IMG/VR virus record: IMGVR_UViG_3300037067_004891
Span: 256,001-320,000 of that record
Source: a virus
Lineage: Duplodnaviria > Caudoviricetes
Length of the DNA: 64,000 nt
Reading direction: 5' to 3' (one strand)
This document shows positions 1 through 10,388 of this stretch, one piece after another. A program made the position numbers and the translations under genes. How positions within the stretch are numbered: the stretch's first letter is position 1; every line of letters begins with the position of its first letter. The notes under the pieces are model-generated. The model had not been told where the DNA came from and ran no database searches. It saw only the letters and a program-made list of their open reading frames with translations.

Positions 1-443
1 TCTAAGAATAGCCTAAAATTTACTACGGATTCAGATTGTCGTCCCAGATTAGCAAACTGGGTGGTCAATACAACATTATTTTTAGTATAACCTTTTGAAT
101 TATCCAATCTATCGATGCTTGGTCTTCTCAATTTATCTTGCATCGTAAAATCTATCGGTATATTAAACCAATAACACATGCCATTTTGTGATTCTTTTAA
201 TTCAATCATAAATTTAGAATTTATCTCATATGGCATATTTATATCAGAACTTCTCTTTCGACTGGATGAAAGAATACCTTCATACCATTTACGACCATTT
301 TTTTCTCTATATTCTTTTTTCTCTTTATTATAACATTCTTTACAATGACACCTTAATCCACCTTTAGAATTTATATTTTTTACAAAAAAATCTAATGTAG
401 CAGGATATTCATTCCCACATTTCGTACAACGTTTTAATTCCAA
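1..443 (-). CDS. HNH homing endonuclease, partial (runs off the window start; absent from the ORF track)
   Basis: Manual translation from TTG at 443: LELKRCTKCG...CHCKEC...GMCYW...RPSIDRLDNSKGYTKNNVVL, i.e. a Zn ribbon plus the SIDRxDxxxGY HNH motif. Confidence 0.75.
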   Translation of the reverse strand, partial: MELKRCTKCGNEYPATLDFFVKNINSKGGLRCHCKECYNKEKKEYREKNGRKWYEGILSSSRKRSSDINMPYEINSKFMIELKESQNGMCYWFNIPIDFTMQDKLRRPSIDRLDNSKGYTKNNVVLTTQFANLGRQSESVVNFRLFL

Positions 444-625
444 ATCATATTTTTCTTTTTTAAAAGTTTTATTTTAGGGATATTCTATTCCATATGAACA
501 CATCACTCTGTCTGTTATTCATTGGATTTCGTTATTTACCGTTGGTAGCCGTTTTAAGCCTTTAAGTAGGATTCACATCCATTCAGCACCCCCATCTCCT
601 TTTCCGAGATTAAAATAAAACCATT

Positions 626-1837
626 TCACTTAACGATACTTCTATAAAACTCCGCACGTTTTTTATTTACAACTCTTAAATCATATTTTTCTTTTACATA
701 ATCATATAAATTATCACCGTATTCTTTAACCGCCTCTGGATTCTGTGAAAACCATTTCATTTTCTGATACCATCCTTCTTTATCATTCTCATCAATTAAA
801 AAACCTTTTGGTTTACCATCTTTTTTTCCTTCAATATCATCCAGTGCATACGAACCATAATTAGATGCTATTATTGGACATTTGTGTGCGCCAGCTTCAA
901 CTATCTTTAAACCACTTTTCACGAAATTAAATTTCAAACCTGATTTAAGCGGTGCTAAAGCAACATCAGCTTCATTATATTGAGTTGAATATAATAAAAT
1001 TGGTTTAGTCCATCTGCGTTGGTAGAATTCATTTACGAATTTCGGATTAACACCATATGTATCCCTACCACCATCTTCATATTTTCTCAACCACTGAAAA
1101 TATTCAGTGTTTTTAACATATTTTAAATCATTAGAAAATATATCTTCGAAAAAAGTCCATTGATTACTTCTCCAATCAGCTTTAGCCATACCATCCTTGG
1201 TTCTCATCCTTAAATCAAACCCACATAAATATACTTGACATTTTTCAAGAAATTCTTTATCAAACTTTTTAAAAGATGGTTGTAGTAATCTTAAATCTGG
1301 TAGATGTGTAATACCACCACCCCATAAAAATCTAATTTTATCGGATGGTATTTTTTTATCCAACCACTGTAATTCTTTTAAATTTACAGCGTTTGGCATC
1401 ACTATTACATTTGAATTTATCTCTTTAATATCTTCGGCAAAAATAGGTGTAGTAGTGGTAACATAATCAGCACCTTTTAATTCAGATAACACAGACTCTT
1501 TACCATTATTTTGAATCCAACTTTTATAATTCACGTGACTACTGTTTAACTCCCAGTGGTCATCAATATCAAATATCAATTTAATATTATATTTCTTTAA
1601 TATATTCTTAAATGTAATTTTTTTTATATCATCCGAAAATGGGATTTTTTTATTATAAAAAACAATATTATACTGTTTTAAAAAATTTTCATCTAATAAC
1701 GGGAGTGTGTGGTCACTCAGATTTCTTATATCTACATCAATATTTTCTTCATCTAAAATTGAGTGAGGTGCTAACACACGAAAATATCCCACACCGTCAT
1801 TATCGACATTAATCGCAAGAACTTTTAAATTTGACAT
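626..1837 (-). CDS. Glycosyltransferase, GT-B fold (GT4-like)
   Basis: GVGYFRV, DIDDHW, WGGGITHLPDL, DVALAPL...KSGLKIVEAGA motifs. Confidence 0.85.
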   Translation of the reverse strand: MSNLKVLAINVDNDGVGYFRVLAPHSILDEENIDVDIRNLSDHTLPLLDENFLKQYNIVFYNKKIPFSDDIKKITFKNILKKYNIKLIFDIDDHWELNSSHVNYKSWIQNNGKESVLSELKGADYVTTTTPIFAEDIKEINSNVIVMPNAVNLKELQWLDKKIPSDKIRFLWGGGITHLPDLRLLQPSFKKFDKEFLEKCQVYLCGFDLRMRTKDGMAKADWRSNQWTFFEDIFSNDLKYVKNTEYFQWLRKYEDGGRDTYGVNPKFVNEFYQRRWTKPILLYSTQYNEADVALAPLKSGLKFNFVKSGLKIVEAGAHKCPIIASNYGSYALDDIEGKKDGKPKGFLIDENDKEGWYQKMKWFSQNPEAVKEYGDNLYDYVKEKYDLRVVNKKRAEFYRSIVK

Positions 1838-1924
1838 TCATAAATAATTATTTTTTAATATAAATCTATCGAACTTATAATTATTAATATATAGGTTTAT
1901 CTATTAAAAAAGTTTTATAAATTT

Positions 1925-2887
1925 ATGATAATTTCAAATTTTGTCTACATCATTATTCACAATAAAGTTAAATCAACATATATAAGTAAAAAATTTAATA
2001 TACAAAACATTCAAATAGGAGAAACAATAAAGATTTCAATTGAAAAATTAGAAATCAATTCACATGAAAATATTTTAGTGAAATGTGATAATTGCAGAAC
2101 TGAAAAATTAGTAAGATACCAAGCGTACAATAAATGTACTAAAAATAATTCAGAACCTTATTTTTGTAATAAAAAAGAATGTATAAATAAAAAGAGAGAA
2201 TCTGTTCTTTTATTAAAATATAATACAACGAATGTATTTAAAATGAAAAGTGTAAAAGATAAAATTAAAAAAACAAATATTAAAAACTTAGGTGTTGAGA
2301 ACCCACAACAAAATAAAGATATAAAAATTAAAACTGAACAGACAAACGAGAAAATATACGGCTATAAAAATGTGTTTCAAAATGAAAAAATAAAACAAAA
2401 GATTAAAAAAACAAATAATGATAAATATGGTGTTGACTACCCAATGCAATCGACTGATATTAAAAATAAAACAAAAAAATCAAATTTAGTCAAATATGGT
2501 GTTGAATATACAATACAGATTAGAGAATTTTTTAATAAAAATAGATTATCTGCATTAAAAATAAAAAAGTATAATGATACAGATTTATATTATCAAGGTT
2601 CATACGAATTAGATTTTCTCAATAATTATTACAATTGTTTTAAAATATTAAACGGTCTTAGTTTTAAATATCATTTAAATAATATATTAAAAACATATCA
2701 TAGTGATTTCTATATACCAGAATTAAATTTAATAGTAGAAATTAAAAATTCTTATTTATATAATAGAGATTATGATATTATATTAGAAAAAGAAAAATCT
2801 GTTAGACAACATGGATATAATTACATTTTAATTTTAGATAAAAATTATACAGAATATAATAATTATTTTCTGACTAACACTAATTAA
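1925..2887 (+). CDS. Putative homing endonuclease with KYGVE repeats and a C-terminal PD-(D/E)XK domain
   Basis: Repeated KxTNxxKYGVxxP units, CDNC, C-terminal YHSDFYIPELNLIVEIK. Confidence 0.7.
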   Translation: MIISNFVYIIIHNKVKSTYISKKFNIQNIQIGETIKISIEKLEINSHENILVKCDNCRTEKLVRYQAYNKCTKNNSEPYFCNKKECINKKRESVLLLKYNTTNVFKMKSVKDKIKKTNIKNLGVENPQQNKDIKIKTEQTNEKIYGYKNVFQNEKIKQKIKKTNNDKYGVDYPMQSTDIKNKTKKSNLVKYGVEYTIQIREFFNKNRLSALKIKKYNDTDLYYQGSYELDFLNNYYNCFKILNGLSFKYHLNNILKTYHSDFYIPELNLIVEIKNSYLYNRDYDIILEKEKSVRQHGYNYILILDKNYTEYNNYFLTNTN

Positions 2888-2928
2888 AAAAGTAATATTT
2901 TGCTGTTATTAACAATTAATATGTTTAA

Positions 2929-3084
2929 AAAGACCCAACATCGAAACAAACTGTTGAAAATTATGACACTATACGAAAAATTTCAACTTATTCTAACAAT
3001 ATACTTCTGGATGAAGTTGTAGTTGTCGGGTATAGAAAAAATATAAAATCCGATTCTATCGAAACAGTTAGAATTAATAAATAA
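2929..3084 (+). pseudogene. Start-less ORF remnant containing LDEVVVVGY (SusC-like TonB-box motif)
   Basis: Open frame 2929-3084 reads KDPTSK...ILLDEVVVVGYRK; no in-frame ATG; terminator follows. Confidence 0.4.
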
Positions 3085-3090
3085 AATGAA

Positions 3091-3114
3091 AAAGGTCAGA
3101 GAAATCTGACTTTT
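3091..3114. terminator. Bidirectional intrinsic terminator
   Basis: aaaggtcaga-gaaa-tctgactttt between convergent genes. Confidence 0.7.
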
Positions 3115-3946
3115 AATTTTTAAAATATTTAAAACGTTTTATATATTTTAAATTTTCTGTTATCACATTAGCGATATGATTTATTTTCAAATCATCTTTT
3201 AACATATATAAAACATTCTGCAATTCTTTAAAATTTTCATCTGTATACCCCCATGTACCTATAAAATCTTTAAAAGTATTTATTTTATCCATATCATTTT
3301 CATCTATCATATCTGGGTCTGGGTCATCCAAAAAATCTTTATAATCATAACTTATATCATAAAAATAGTTTAAGTCACTACAAATAGCAGTAATAACACC
3401 ATATAAAGCAATTTTCTTATTGAAAAGATAATGTCTGACTGTTTGTAGTAACCACTCAGCAAAATTATCCGTTATTGTAATATTTAAATCATCATCAATG
3501 GTTTTTTGAATATCTTCTATTGTTTTTAGTTCTGGGTTCTTTGAAATTTCTTTTATATTTTTATTCAAATATTCTTTAGTTTTCCAAACTTCATCCGTAT
3601 CCAAATATAGGTCACCATCTGACTCTGTTTCACCAGCACCATTAATTAATAAACATCTTGGGTCAACGACCATCGTTAAAACTTCACCATTCCCCTTTTC
3701 ATCTCTTTGTCCAGCTCTTATAGCTGCATAATTCCAAACATTATCAAATTTACTATTAAAATCACCTTCATCAGTATGGAAAAAGAATCCATCCTTAAAG
3801 TGTTTAGTTGATTCTATTTGTTTAGCAGCAAACTTACTCGTACCATGATACACAATAATATTATTCTTACTATCCTTTTGAAATGTAAAACCATGACCTC
3901 TTGCTCTATCCGTTAAACTTTCTAATCCTTCTTGTTTCGATATCAT
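3113..3946 (-). CDS. ADP-ribosyltransferase-like (YHGT) domain protein
   Basis: IIVYHGTS, FFFHT, NYAA; C-terminal ENLKYIKRFKYF leader-like motif. Confidence 0.55.
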   Translation of the reverse strand: MISKQEGLESLTDRARGHGFTFQKDSKNNIIVYHGTSKFAAKQIESTKHFKDGFFFHTDEGDFNSKFDNVWNYAAIRAGQRDEKGNGEVLTMVVDPRCLLINGAGETESDGDLYLDTDEVWKTKEYLNKNIKEISKNPELKTIEDIQKTIDDDLNITITDNFAEWLLQTVRHYLFNKKIALYGVITAICSDLNYFYDISYDYKDFLDDPDPDMIDENDMDKINTFKDFIGTWGYTDENFKELQNVLYMLKDDLKINHIANVITENLKYIKRFKYFKN

Positions 3947-5019
3947 TTTTTTCTTGGATATTTTTCATAAACACTAATCATATAAGGTGGGATATCACCT
4001 TTAACTCTGAAACCGTGTCCATATAATGCACTTTCAGCTAAGGAATCCCCAACACTTATACCAGCATGTAATATTTTATTATATAATTGGTCTTTATCAG
4101 CTTGTAATAAATAAACTGGAATTACGACTTCATAAACAACGATATCATCATAAGGATAAGCTATATCCCCAAAAGTTTTAGCCATATCAGGAAAAATAGA
4201 TAAATAAACATATCCTGTCTGAGATTGAAAAGATTTTTTAGTTTTATTTTTAGTTGTTAATAGTCCATCTTTCAATATATTTATATTAGCAGATGTTCCG
4301 TGATACAATTTCACTGGTTTACTATTTGGTTGATATTGATTTTTATGTGGACTTATTATTTTATTAAATTCTTTCAACATTTCGGGTGTTGGGTCTGAAT
4401 AAAATAAATCAGGATATTCCTTTAATAAATCGATAGGATTACTCATATCCACATTATAATTAGAATGAACATAGGCTTCGAATTTTTTAAAAGTGCCTCT
4501 TTTCATATTTATTACCATCCAATCATTAATCTTAGAATAATCATACACATCATTCTCATTGAACCTTTTATCGTTAAATGTTAAAGCTATAATAACAAAT
4601 GATTGAGGGTGTTCCCATAAATATACCGTGTGTTTAATTACATACTCTACGAATTCATCTGGGATAATTGGAATACCATCTTTAGATAAAATATCTTTAT
4701 ACTTTTCTAATATTTCAGATAACATTTTTTCATTATACATCCATATAGAACCTGACGAAACATTAGATTCTGATTCAGATTTAATTTTGAATATAATATC
4801 ATTTTCTTTAGAATATTTCACTAAATTATCTATAACCTCATCTGGGTTGCCATATCTATTATTTATATAATTAATAGGTAAATATCCCAGAGCCTTTGTT
4901 TTACCAACATTCAGTAAATCACCAAGGACGATAAAATCTTCTGGTTTAAAATTATAATCGGTTGTTATTTTTTTCGAAGTTGGATTCTTAAAATCCTCGA
5001 ATAAAATTAAATATTTCAT
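3943..5019 (-). CDS. Two-domain putative virion protein with a C-terminal ART-like (Tpt1/PARP-like) domain
   Basis: Leader MKYLILFEDF; internal TFKKFE; KLYHGTS..ILKDGL..YVYLS..GDIPP. Confidence 0.65.
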   Translation of the reverse strand: MKYLILFEDFKNPTSKKITTDYNFKPEDFIVLGDLLNVGKTKALGYLPINYINNRYGNPDEVIDNLVKYSKENDIIFKIKSESESNVSSGSIWMYNEKMLSEILEKYKDILSKDGIPIIPDEFVEYVIKHTVYLWEHPQSFVIIALTFNDKRFNENDVYDYSKINDWMVINMKRGTFKKFEAYVHSNYNVDMSNPIDLLKEYPDLFYSDPTPEMLKEFNKIISPHKNQYQPNSKPVKLYHGTSANINILKDGLLTTKNKTKKSFQSQTGYVYLSIFPDMAKTFGDIAYPYDDIVVYEVVIPVYLLQADKDQLYNKILHAGISVGDSLAESALYGHGFRVKGDIPPYMISVYEKYPRKK

Positions 5020-5339
5020 CCTGTACTTTCTATAAATTTTATATCCTTTTCAGGTATTTCTTCTGGTGAAGCATAACGTTTACTTGTTGAACGATGTGTA
5101 TAAACAAAAAAACCATCATCGTCCGCACCCAACCCAACACCGTCCATTCTCGAAACTAAACCCTGTGGTTTTTTAAGACCCCTAACTATTCCATTTTTCA
5201 CTTTAGAACCAGTATTCATTAGAGGTTCTATTAATTCTTTCATTTTATCAGATATTTTTCTACTCAGGTGTAATGAATTTTTATTTTCTTGATATCTATT
5301 TCGTTTTTCTAATAAATTAAAAGCTTCAAACGAATACAT
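5016..5339 (-). CDS. Hypothetical protein with leader motif (MYSFEAFNLLE)
   Basis: ORF in operon; overlaps the next start. Confidence 0.6.
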   Translation of the reverse strand: MYSFEAFNLLEKRNRYQENKNSLHLSRKISDKMKELIEPLMNTGSKVKNGIVRGLKKPQGLVSRMDGVGLGADDDGFFVYTHRSTSKRYASPEEIPEKDIKFIESTG

Positions 5340-5348
5340 TTTATATTT

Positions 5349-5639
5349 TTATTTTTTATTTATAATATAATGATAAATATATTCAGCACAAAATTCAACT
5401 CTCTTATTTTCAGATTCAAACTCACCAATAATTTCTTTAGCTTCATCATTTGTTGTTAACAACGTTTTAACATTTTTCATAATGACATCAACTCTGGTAA
5501 AATCTTTCTCAGATACACCATTTTCTCTCATTATTATATCAATCAATGAACTACTAACAGCATCAATATAAGTCCATGTACGATTAAAAATAGATGCCAA
5601 ATTTTCATTTATAAATATTTCAAATTTCTTTACTATCAT
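5349..5639 (-). CDS. Hypothetical protein with leader motif (MIVKKFEIFINE)
   Basis: ORF; leader motif. Confidence 0.6.
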   Translation of the reverse strand: MIVKKFEIFINENLASIFNRTWTYIDAVSSSLIDIIMRENGVSEKDFTRVDVIMKNVKTLLTTNDEAKEIIGEFESENKRVEFCAEYIYHYIINKK

Positions 5640-5655
5640 AATATTATAATTATTT

Positions 5656-5982
5656 TTAATTTAAATCAATAACTATTGTAGTATTAACTGGTATAATATT
5701 CATTAAATATGTGTTAATATATTCAAGAAATTGATTATGTGCATGTTGTATCATATCACCATCTATCTCATATTTATAATAAAATAATGTCGGATCAAAG
5801 CCAATTAAAAAAATTTCATTATTAATTCTATTTGATTTAAAAGATTGTTTGGTTGAGTACACATGTGGTGTTACTAAAATTTCATTACCAGTTTGTATAA
5901 AATTGATATCTAATCTAATATAAAGATGATCCAAAGAAATATCTCCAAATATTGTTATTCCAGATGAAACTAAAAGTGCCAT
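5656..5982 (-). CDS. Hypothetical phage protein
   Basis: ORF downstream of a TAATATATA motif. Confidence 0.55.
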   Translation of the reverse strand: MALLVSSGITIFGDISLDHLYIRLDINFIQTGNEILVTPHVYSTKQSFKSNRINNEIFLIGFDPTLFYYKYEIDGDMIQHAHNQFLEYINTYLMNIIPVNTTIVIDLN

Positions 5983-6093
5983 ATTTTTATTTTTATTTTT
6001 AATTATATATTAAATTAAAATGAATTGTTTTATTTTTTAATATATAAGGTAAATGTTTCTATTTTAATATATATTAAAAACTAAAATATAATA

Positions 6094-8337
6094 ATGGCTA
6101 TTACTAAACGTATAAAACTTGATATTAATGTATTACTTGAATGGACATATAATGATAATAATATAAAAAATGAAAATTATTCTATACTATCCAATTTAAA
6201 TCTGGGTAATAGAGATTATGCATCATTTCTTCCACTTAATGATGAAGACAACTCGTTATTTTGTGTTGATAACATCATTAAAAAATATTCACAATTTGAT
6301 ACAGAAAAATTTAATTTTTTAAAAAAACAAAATTATTCAGGAAACCCAATACCACACGATAAAATAAAATTGTATTTTCCAATAAATTTTGTTTTTAACA
6401 CATATAGAGGGTTTTATCTTAATATATTTACATTAGATTATCCAAACGAAAACATGCATTCTGTAAGTAAATTTTATTATGATATAGCACTTGATGATAA
6501 TATTGGTAAAATAGATTTAGAAACACCATTCGTTTACGATGAAAAAATTTGGGGTAAAAGTATAACGTTAGAAATTCCATCTATTTATCATATAGCAAAA
6601 GATAGAATTATAAACGACACTCAAAATTCTGTAATACCCAACACTATAAATTATAATTTAACAAACGGAACAGGTTTAAGTCAATCTGCACCAATTTTTA
6701 TTGATTTTTCTTATATAGTAACAGGAGAAATTGTACTCAACACTCTTTATTATAGATTAGGTGATTTATACGAAACATCTGTACCACAACAAACAGAATA
6801 TCAATCATTGGGTGTTGATATTGTAGAATCAACACAGGGAGATTTTTTTGAAATATACGGTATTTATAAAGGTACGAATGAAAATATGGATAATTTCATT
6901 GAAGATTTAGAATCAAAAGGAAAAAGAATTGAATTGGAATATAGTATAACATTATTTGAAGAAAACATACAAAGTGGATATCCACAAGTGTTTAAAGTAA
7001 CTGAAAATTTTTCGCAAAAACTTTTATATAGACCAATCATAAGATATTCAAATACAACCGCAGCTATTGATGTTCAAATGAATGTTATAGATTTAGTTAA
7101 TAATAGTCAAATAGAACGATATGCTTCAATTGGATTGACAAAAAATATATTTAAATATGGTAAAATATTATCCAGAATAAATTTAGATAATACAGTTTTA
7201 AAACCGAAAATTTATAAAGCCAAACCAGAAAACATTATAATAAACAGTGTTGTTGCTGATAATACTGGAAATATAACAAAAGTACCATACCCAGTTCTAT
7301 ATGATAAATATAAATTATTGGTTAATAGTACAGTATCTATAAACAACGAATATAAATCTAATGGATTATTAAATATTATTATAACTCCGTTTGATAATAT
7401 TGTTAAATTTACATTAGCAAAGGCTGTTGATAATTTAACAGGTGAACATGTTCCATATGATTTATTTTCTATTTCTAATAATGCTAAATTAAAATTAGTT
7501 TTTAAATCAGATACGAAAACTATAGAAATGGATTATTATGCACAATCTACTGATAATGATTTTAAAAATGGTGATATTGTATATAAGATAAAGGAAAGTG
7601 ATATATCAGCTATAAAAAGCATATATGATAAGAAATTTAAAAATTTTTATTTAATACTTTATGCCAATGATACCAAAACACTTTTATATTCTGGAAAATA
7701 TGATTTTTATGAAAACATAAAATTTGTTGATATAAAAAATACACAAAAGACAACAGTAACATCTGATGGTACAGGTATCGGTGTTGATTTATACAAAAAA
7801 CAATTAGATGCTACAAACAAGAAATTCAATCAAACGATTAATTTGTTAAATCAAAAAATAAAAAAATTAGAATTAGATAAAAAAGTAACTCAAGATTCTC
7901 AGTTTAATAAAGTTAATATACCATTAACTTCTTCCAATAACACAATAAAAAATAATAAAAATTATTTCAACTTAATAATATTTATTAAAAAGAAAGCTTC
8001 CAAAATAAATTTCGAAACATTTTTGAAATCACTTGGCATAAAAACATGGATATATAATGATTATGTTTATTTTTTATCTTCTATACATATATTAACAGTA
8101 AGCACAATTGAAAAGAAAACTGAATATATTACTAAAGTAATTCGAATTGATATATATGACGGACAAAATCAAAGTGTAAAAACAAACACAACAATAACAA
8201 CAAACCAAGTGACGACTGCTATAAGTGAAAAGTTTAACAAATTAAACAAAACACAAAGTGTTAAAAATTCAGCAACAACTGTAAAATATTTGGTTGATGG
8301 AAAAACCACAATTTTAAAATTAAAAGATATTCTTTAA
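6094..8337 (+). CDS. Large hypothetical protein, probably virion structural
   Basis: 747-aa beta-rich ORF with TAATATATA upstream; no family recognised. Confidence 0.5.
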   Translation: MAITKRIKLDINVLLEWTYNDNNIKNENYSILSNLNLGNRDYASFLPLNDEDNSLFCVDNIIKKYSQFDTEKFNFLKKQNYSGNPIPHDKIKLYFPINFVFNTYRGFYLNIFTLDYPNENMHSVSKFYYDIALDDNIGKIDLETPFVYDEKIWGKSITLEIPSIYHIAKDRIINDTQNSVIPNTINYNLTNGTGLSQSAPIFIDFSYIVTGEIVLNTLYYRLGDLYETSVPQQTEYQSLGVDIVESTQGDFFEIYGIYKGTNENMDNFIEDLESKGKRIELEYSITLFEENIQSGYPQVFKVTENFSQKLLYRPIIRYSNTTAAIDVQMNVIDLVNNSQIERYASIGLTKNIFKYGKILSRINLDNTVLKPKIYKAKPENIIINSVVADNTGNITKVPYPVLYDKYKLLVNSTVSINNEYKSNGLLNIIITPFDNIVKFTLAKAVDNLTGEHVPYDLFSISNNAKLKLVFKSDTKTIEMDYYAQSTDNDFKNGDIVYKIKESDISAIKSIYDKKFKNFYLILYANDTKTLLYSGKYDFYENIKFVDIKNTQKTTVTSDGTGIGVDLYKKQLDATNKKFNQTINLLNQKIKKLELDKKVTQDSQFNKVNIPLTSSNNTIKNNKNYFNLIIFIKKKASKINFETFLKSLGIKTWIYNDYVYFLSSIHILTVSTIEKKTEYITKVIRIDIYDGQNQSVKTNTTITTNQVTTAISEKFNKLNKTQSVKNSATTVKYLVDGKTTILKLKDIL

Positions 8338-8353
8338 AAATAATAAATGATAA

Positions 8354-8965
8354 ATGAGATTATCATCACAAAATAACCAATTTGTTTTTTTATTTCCATC
8401 TGACTTCATTCCGACCGAAACAGAAGAACGAATGTTATTATTCATGGAGAAAAATTTTATACCATATGATAGTGTATTAGACTATATTAATAGTACAATA
8501 AAAGAAATAACATTTCCATCTATACAATTTAATACTGTTCAACAGCGATTAAAAAGAGGTAAAGAAATTCATTTTAAAGATGCCACTTCAATATTTGATA
8601 ATTTTACAAGAGAACTGGATATGACATTCAGAAGTGTAGACTCCCACATAAACTATTTTATGTTATTAGAAATAGTAACTGAATATATTTTAAATAATGA
8701 TAAAGAATATATTCCAATATTAAATTTAGATATAATAGATAAATATGGTGACGTTATATACACTATTGTATTTAGAGAAGTATTATTAAAATCATTATCT
8801 GAAAACAGATTGAGCTATAATGTCATGGATATTTCAGAAAAACCATTCACTATAACCTTCTTATATAACTTTATAGATATTTATTGGAAAGTTGGTGACC
8901 AATCTACTAAAGTAGAAAAGAATATTTTTGATATACCTATTAAAGAAACTAAATATAGAATATAA
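8354..8965 (+). CDS. Putative tail tube-like / structural protein
   Basis: About 200 aa with IKEITFPSIQF and RELDMTFR segments reminiscent of tube-fold proteins; weak. Confidence 0.35.
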   Translation: MRLSSQNNQFVFLFPSDFIPTETEERMLLFMEKNFIPYDSVLDYINSTIKEITFPSIQFNTVQQRLKRGKEIHFKDATSIFDNFTRELDMTFRSVDSHINYFMLLEIVTEYILNNDKEYIPILNLDIIDKYGDVIYTIVFREVLLKSLSENRLSYNVMDISEKPFTITFLYNFIDIYWKVGDQSTKVEKNIFDIPIKETKYRI

Positions 8966-9045
8966 TTTTTTTCTGAAAAAACAAAACTTTCAATATACAT
9001 CACACTACAAGTAGTAAATAAAAACCTTATTTAAAAACATAAAGT

Positions 9046-10251
9046 ATGAAACAGATGTTTATAGAAAATGAAAAAAACAATCAAAAAATTGAAACCATTG
9101 ATGATGTTTTTGATTGGGAAACTTACACAAACGAAAATAATCACATTTTCAATTTTAAATTAAAAGATCAAATTAAATTAACAAAAGATCAAGAGTATAA
9201 ATTATCATTGTATGAAGGATTTAATTCGTTTAATAAAAAAGTCGAAGTAGGAATGGTAGTGTCAGGTCAAATTAAATATATGACCAAAAGAGAAATGCAA
9301 ATCGATTTTAATTATAAGGACTTAATATATATCGAAAATAAATTATCAGATTGGTCAACACTATCTACCTTTAAAGAGGGTGATGTTGTTGAAGTTTTAA
9401 TAAAAGAAGTTCAAAGTAAACCAACTTATATGATTAGGGGTTCTATTATGGATTTACTTAGAATGAATGTTGATAATAAAATCAAAACATATTTCGAAGA
9501 TAATACTCCTATTATAGCAACAGTTAACGAAATTATACCAGCAGGTTATATGTTAACATTAGTAATTGATAAAATTAAAGTGGGTGCATTTATGCCAAAT
9601 ACTTTAGCTGATGTGAATAAAATGCATGATCCAAATATATTACTTGGTAAACAAATTGAAGTGTTATTAGAAACCACACAACAAGAAAAAGGTGTTTATG
9701 TTGTGAGTAGAAAGAAATATCTTCGTACACTAATACCAGAAAAGATGAATAAATTAAGTTTTGAAAAATCTTACGAAGGGGTTGTTACTGGTACTACACC
9801 ATTTGGTGTTTTTGTACAATTTGAAGATTGTTTAACAGGGATGATACATAAAGCAAATGTGAATCCTGAATGGATAGAAAAAATTCAGGAAATTAAACCT
9901 GGTACAATAATGGTTTTTTATATTAAAGAAATTACAAAAAACAAAAAAATCATTTTAACTCAAACTTTAGAAGATTCTCTTTGGGATACCATTAAAATTG
10001 GGATGATACTTGACGGTGAGGTTGTTGCTATGAAACCATTCGGTGCGTTGGTTAAATTAGATTATGAAACAATTGGATTAATTCAAATAAATTATTTAAA
10101 TAAATATAAAAAATATCTAAATCAAGGAGACAAAATATGTGTTAAAATCGTCAATATTTTAAAAGATGATAGAAAAATTTATTTATCACTGTATGATAAA
10201 ACTCGGATAAATAATACGGAATTTAACACAGAAAACAAAACAGAAAATTGA
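9046..10251 (+). CDS. Ribosomal protein S1-like multi-S1-domain RNA-binding protein
   Basis: Tandem S1 repeats: GVVTGTTPFGVFVQF..TGMIH and GEVVAMKPFGALVKL..RKIYLS. Confidence 0.85.
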   Translation: MKQMFIENEKNNQKIETIDDVFDWETYTNENNHIFNFKLKDQIKLTKDQEYKLSLYEGFNSFNKKVEVGMVVSGQIKYMTKREMQIDFNYKDLIYIENKLSDWSTLSTFKEGDVVEVLIKEVQSKPTYMIRGSIMDLLRMNVDNKIKTYFEDNTPIIATVNEIIPAGYMLTLVIDKIKVGAFMPNTLADVNKMHDPNILLGKQIEVLLETTQQEKGVYVVSRKKYLRTLIPEKMNKLSFEKSYEGVVTGTTPFGVFVQFEDCLTGMIHKANVNPEWIEKIQEIKPGTIMVFYIKEITKNKKIILTQTLEDSLWDTIKIGMILDGEVVAMKPFGALVKLDYETIGLIQINYLNKYKKYLNQGDKICVKIVNILKDDRKIYLSLYDKTRINNTEFNTENKTEN

Positions 10252-10280
10252 TAGGTGGGAATTAATAGTTGATAGGTAGA

Positions 10281-10312
10281 AAAAACCACTTTTTATAAAA
10301 GTGGTTTTTCTT
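10281..10312. terminator. Intrinsic terminator
   Basis: aaaaaccacttt-tat-aaaagtggttttt hairpin followed by a T-run. Confidence 0.7.
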
Positions 10313-10338
10313 TTTTAATACATTTTTATAAATTCTAT

Positions 10339-10388
10339 ATTTTTTATTGAAAGAGAACCACGAAGTCTTTAGCTTAGTGGTAGTTCAT
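10339..10388 (+). mobile_element. 50-nt chimeric IS200/IS605 scar (left end fused to right end within one hairpin)
   Basis: gaaagagaaccacgaagtc matches the left ends at 44718 and 54801; tttagcttagtggtagttca matches the right end at 17894. Confidence 0.75.
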
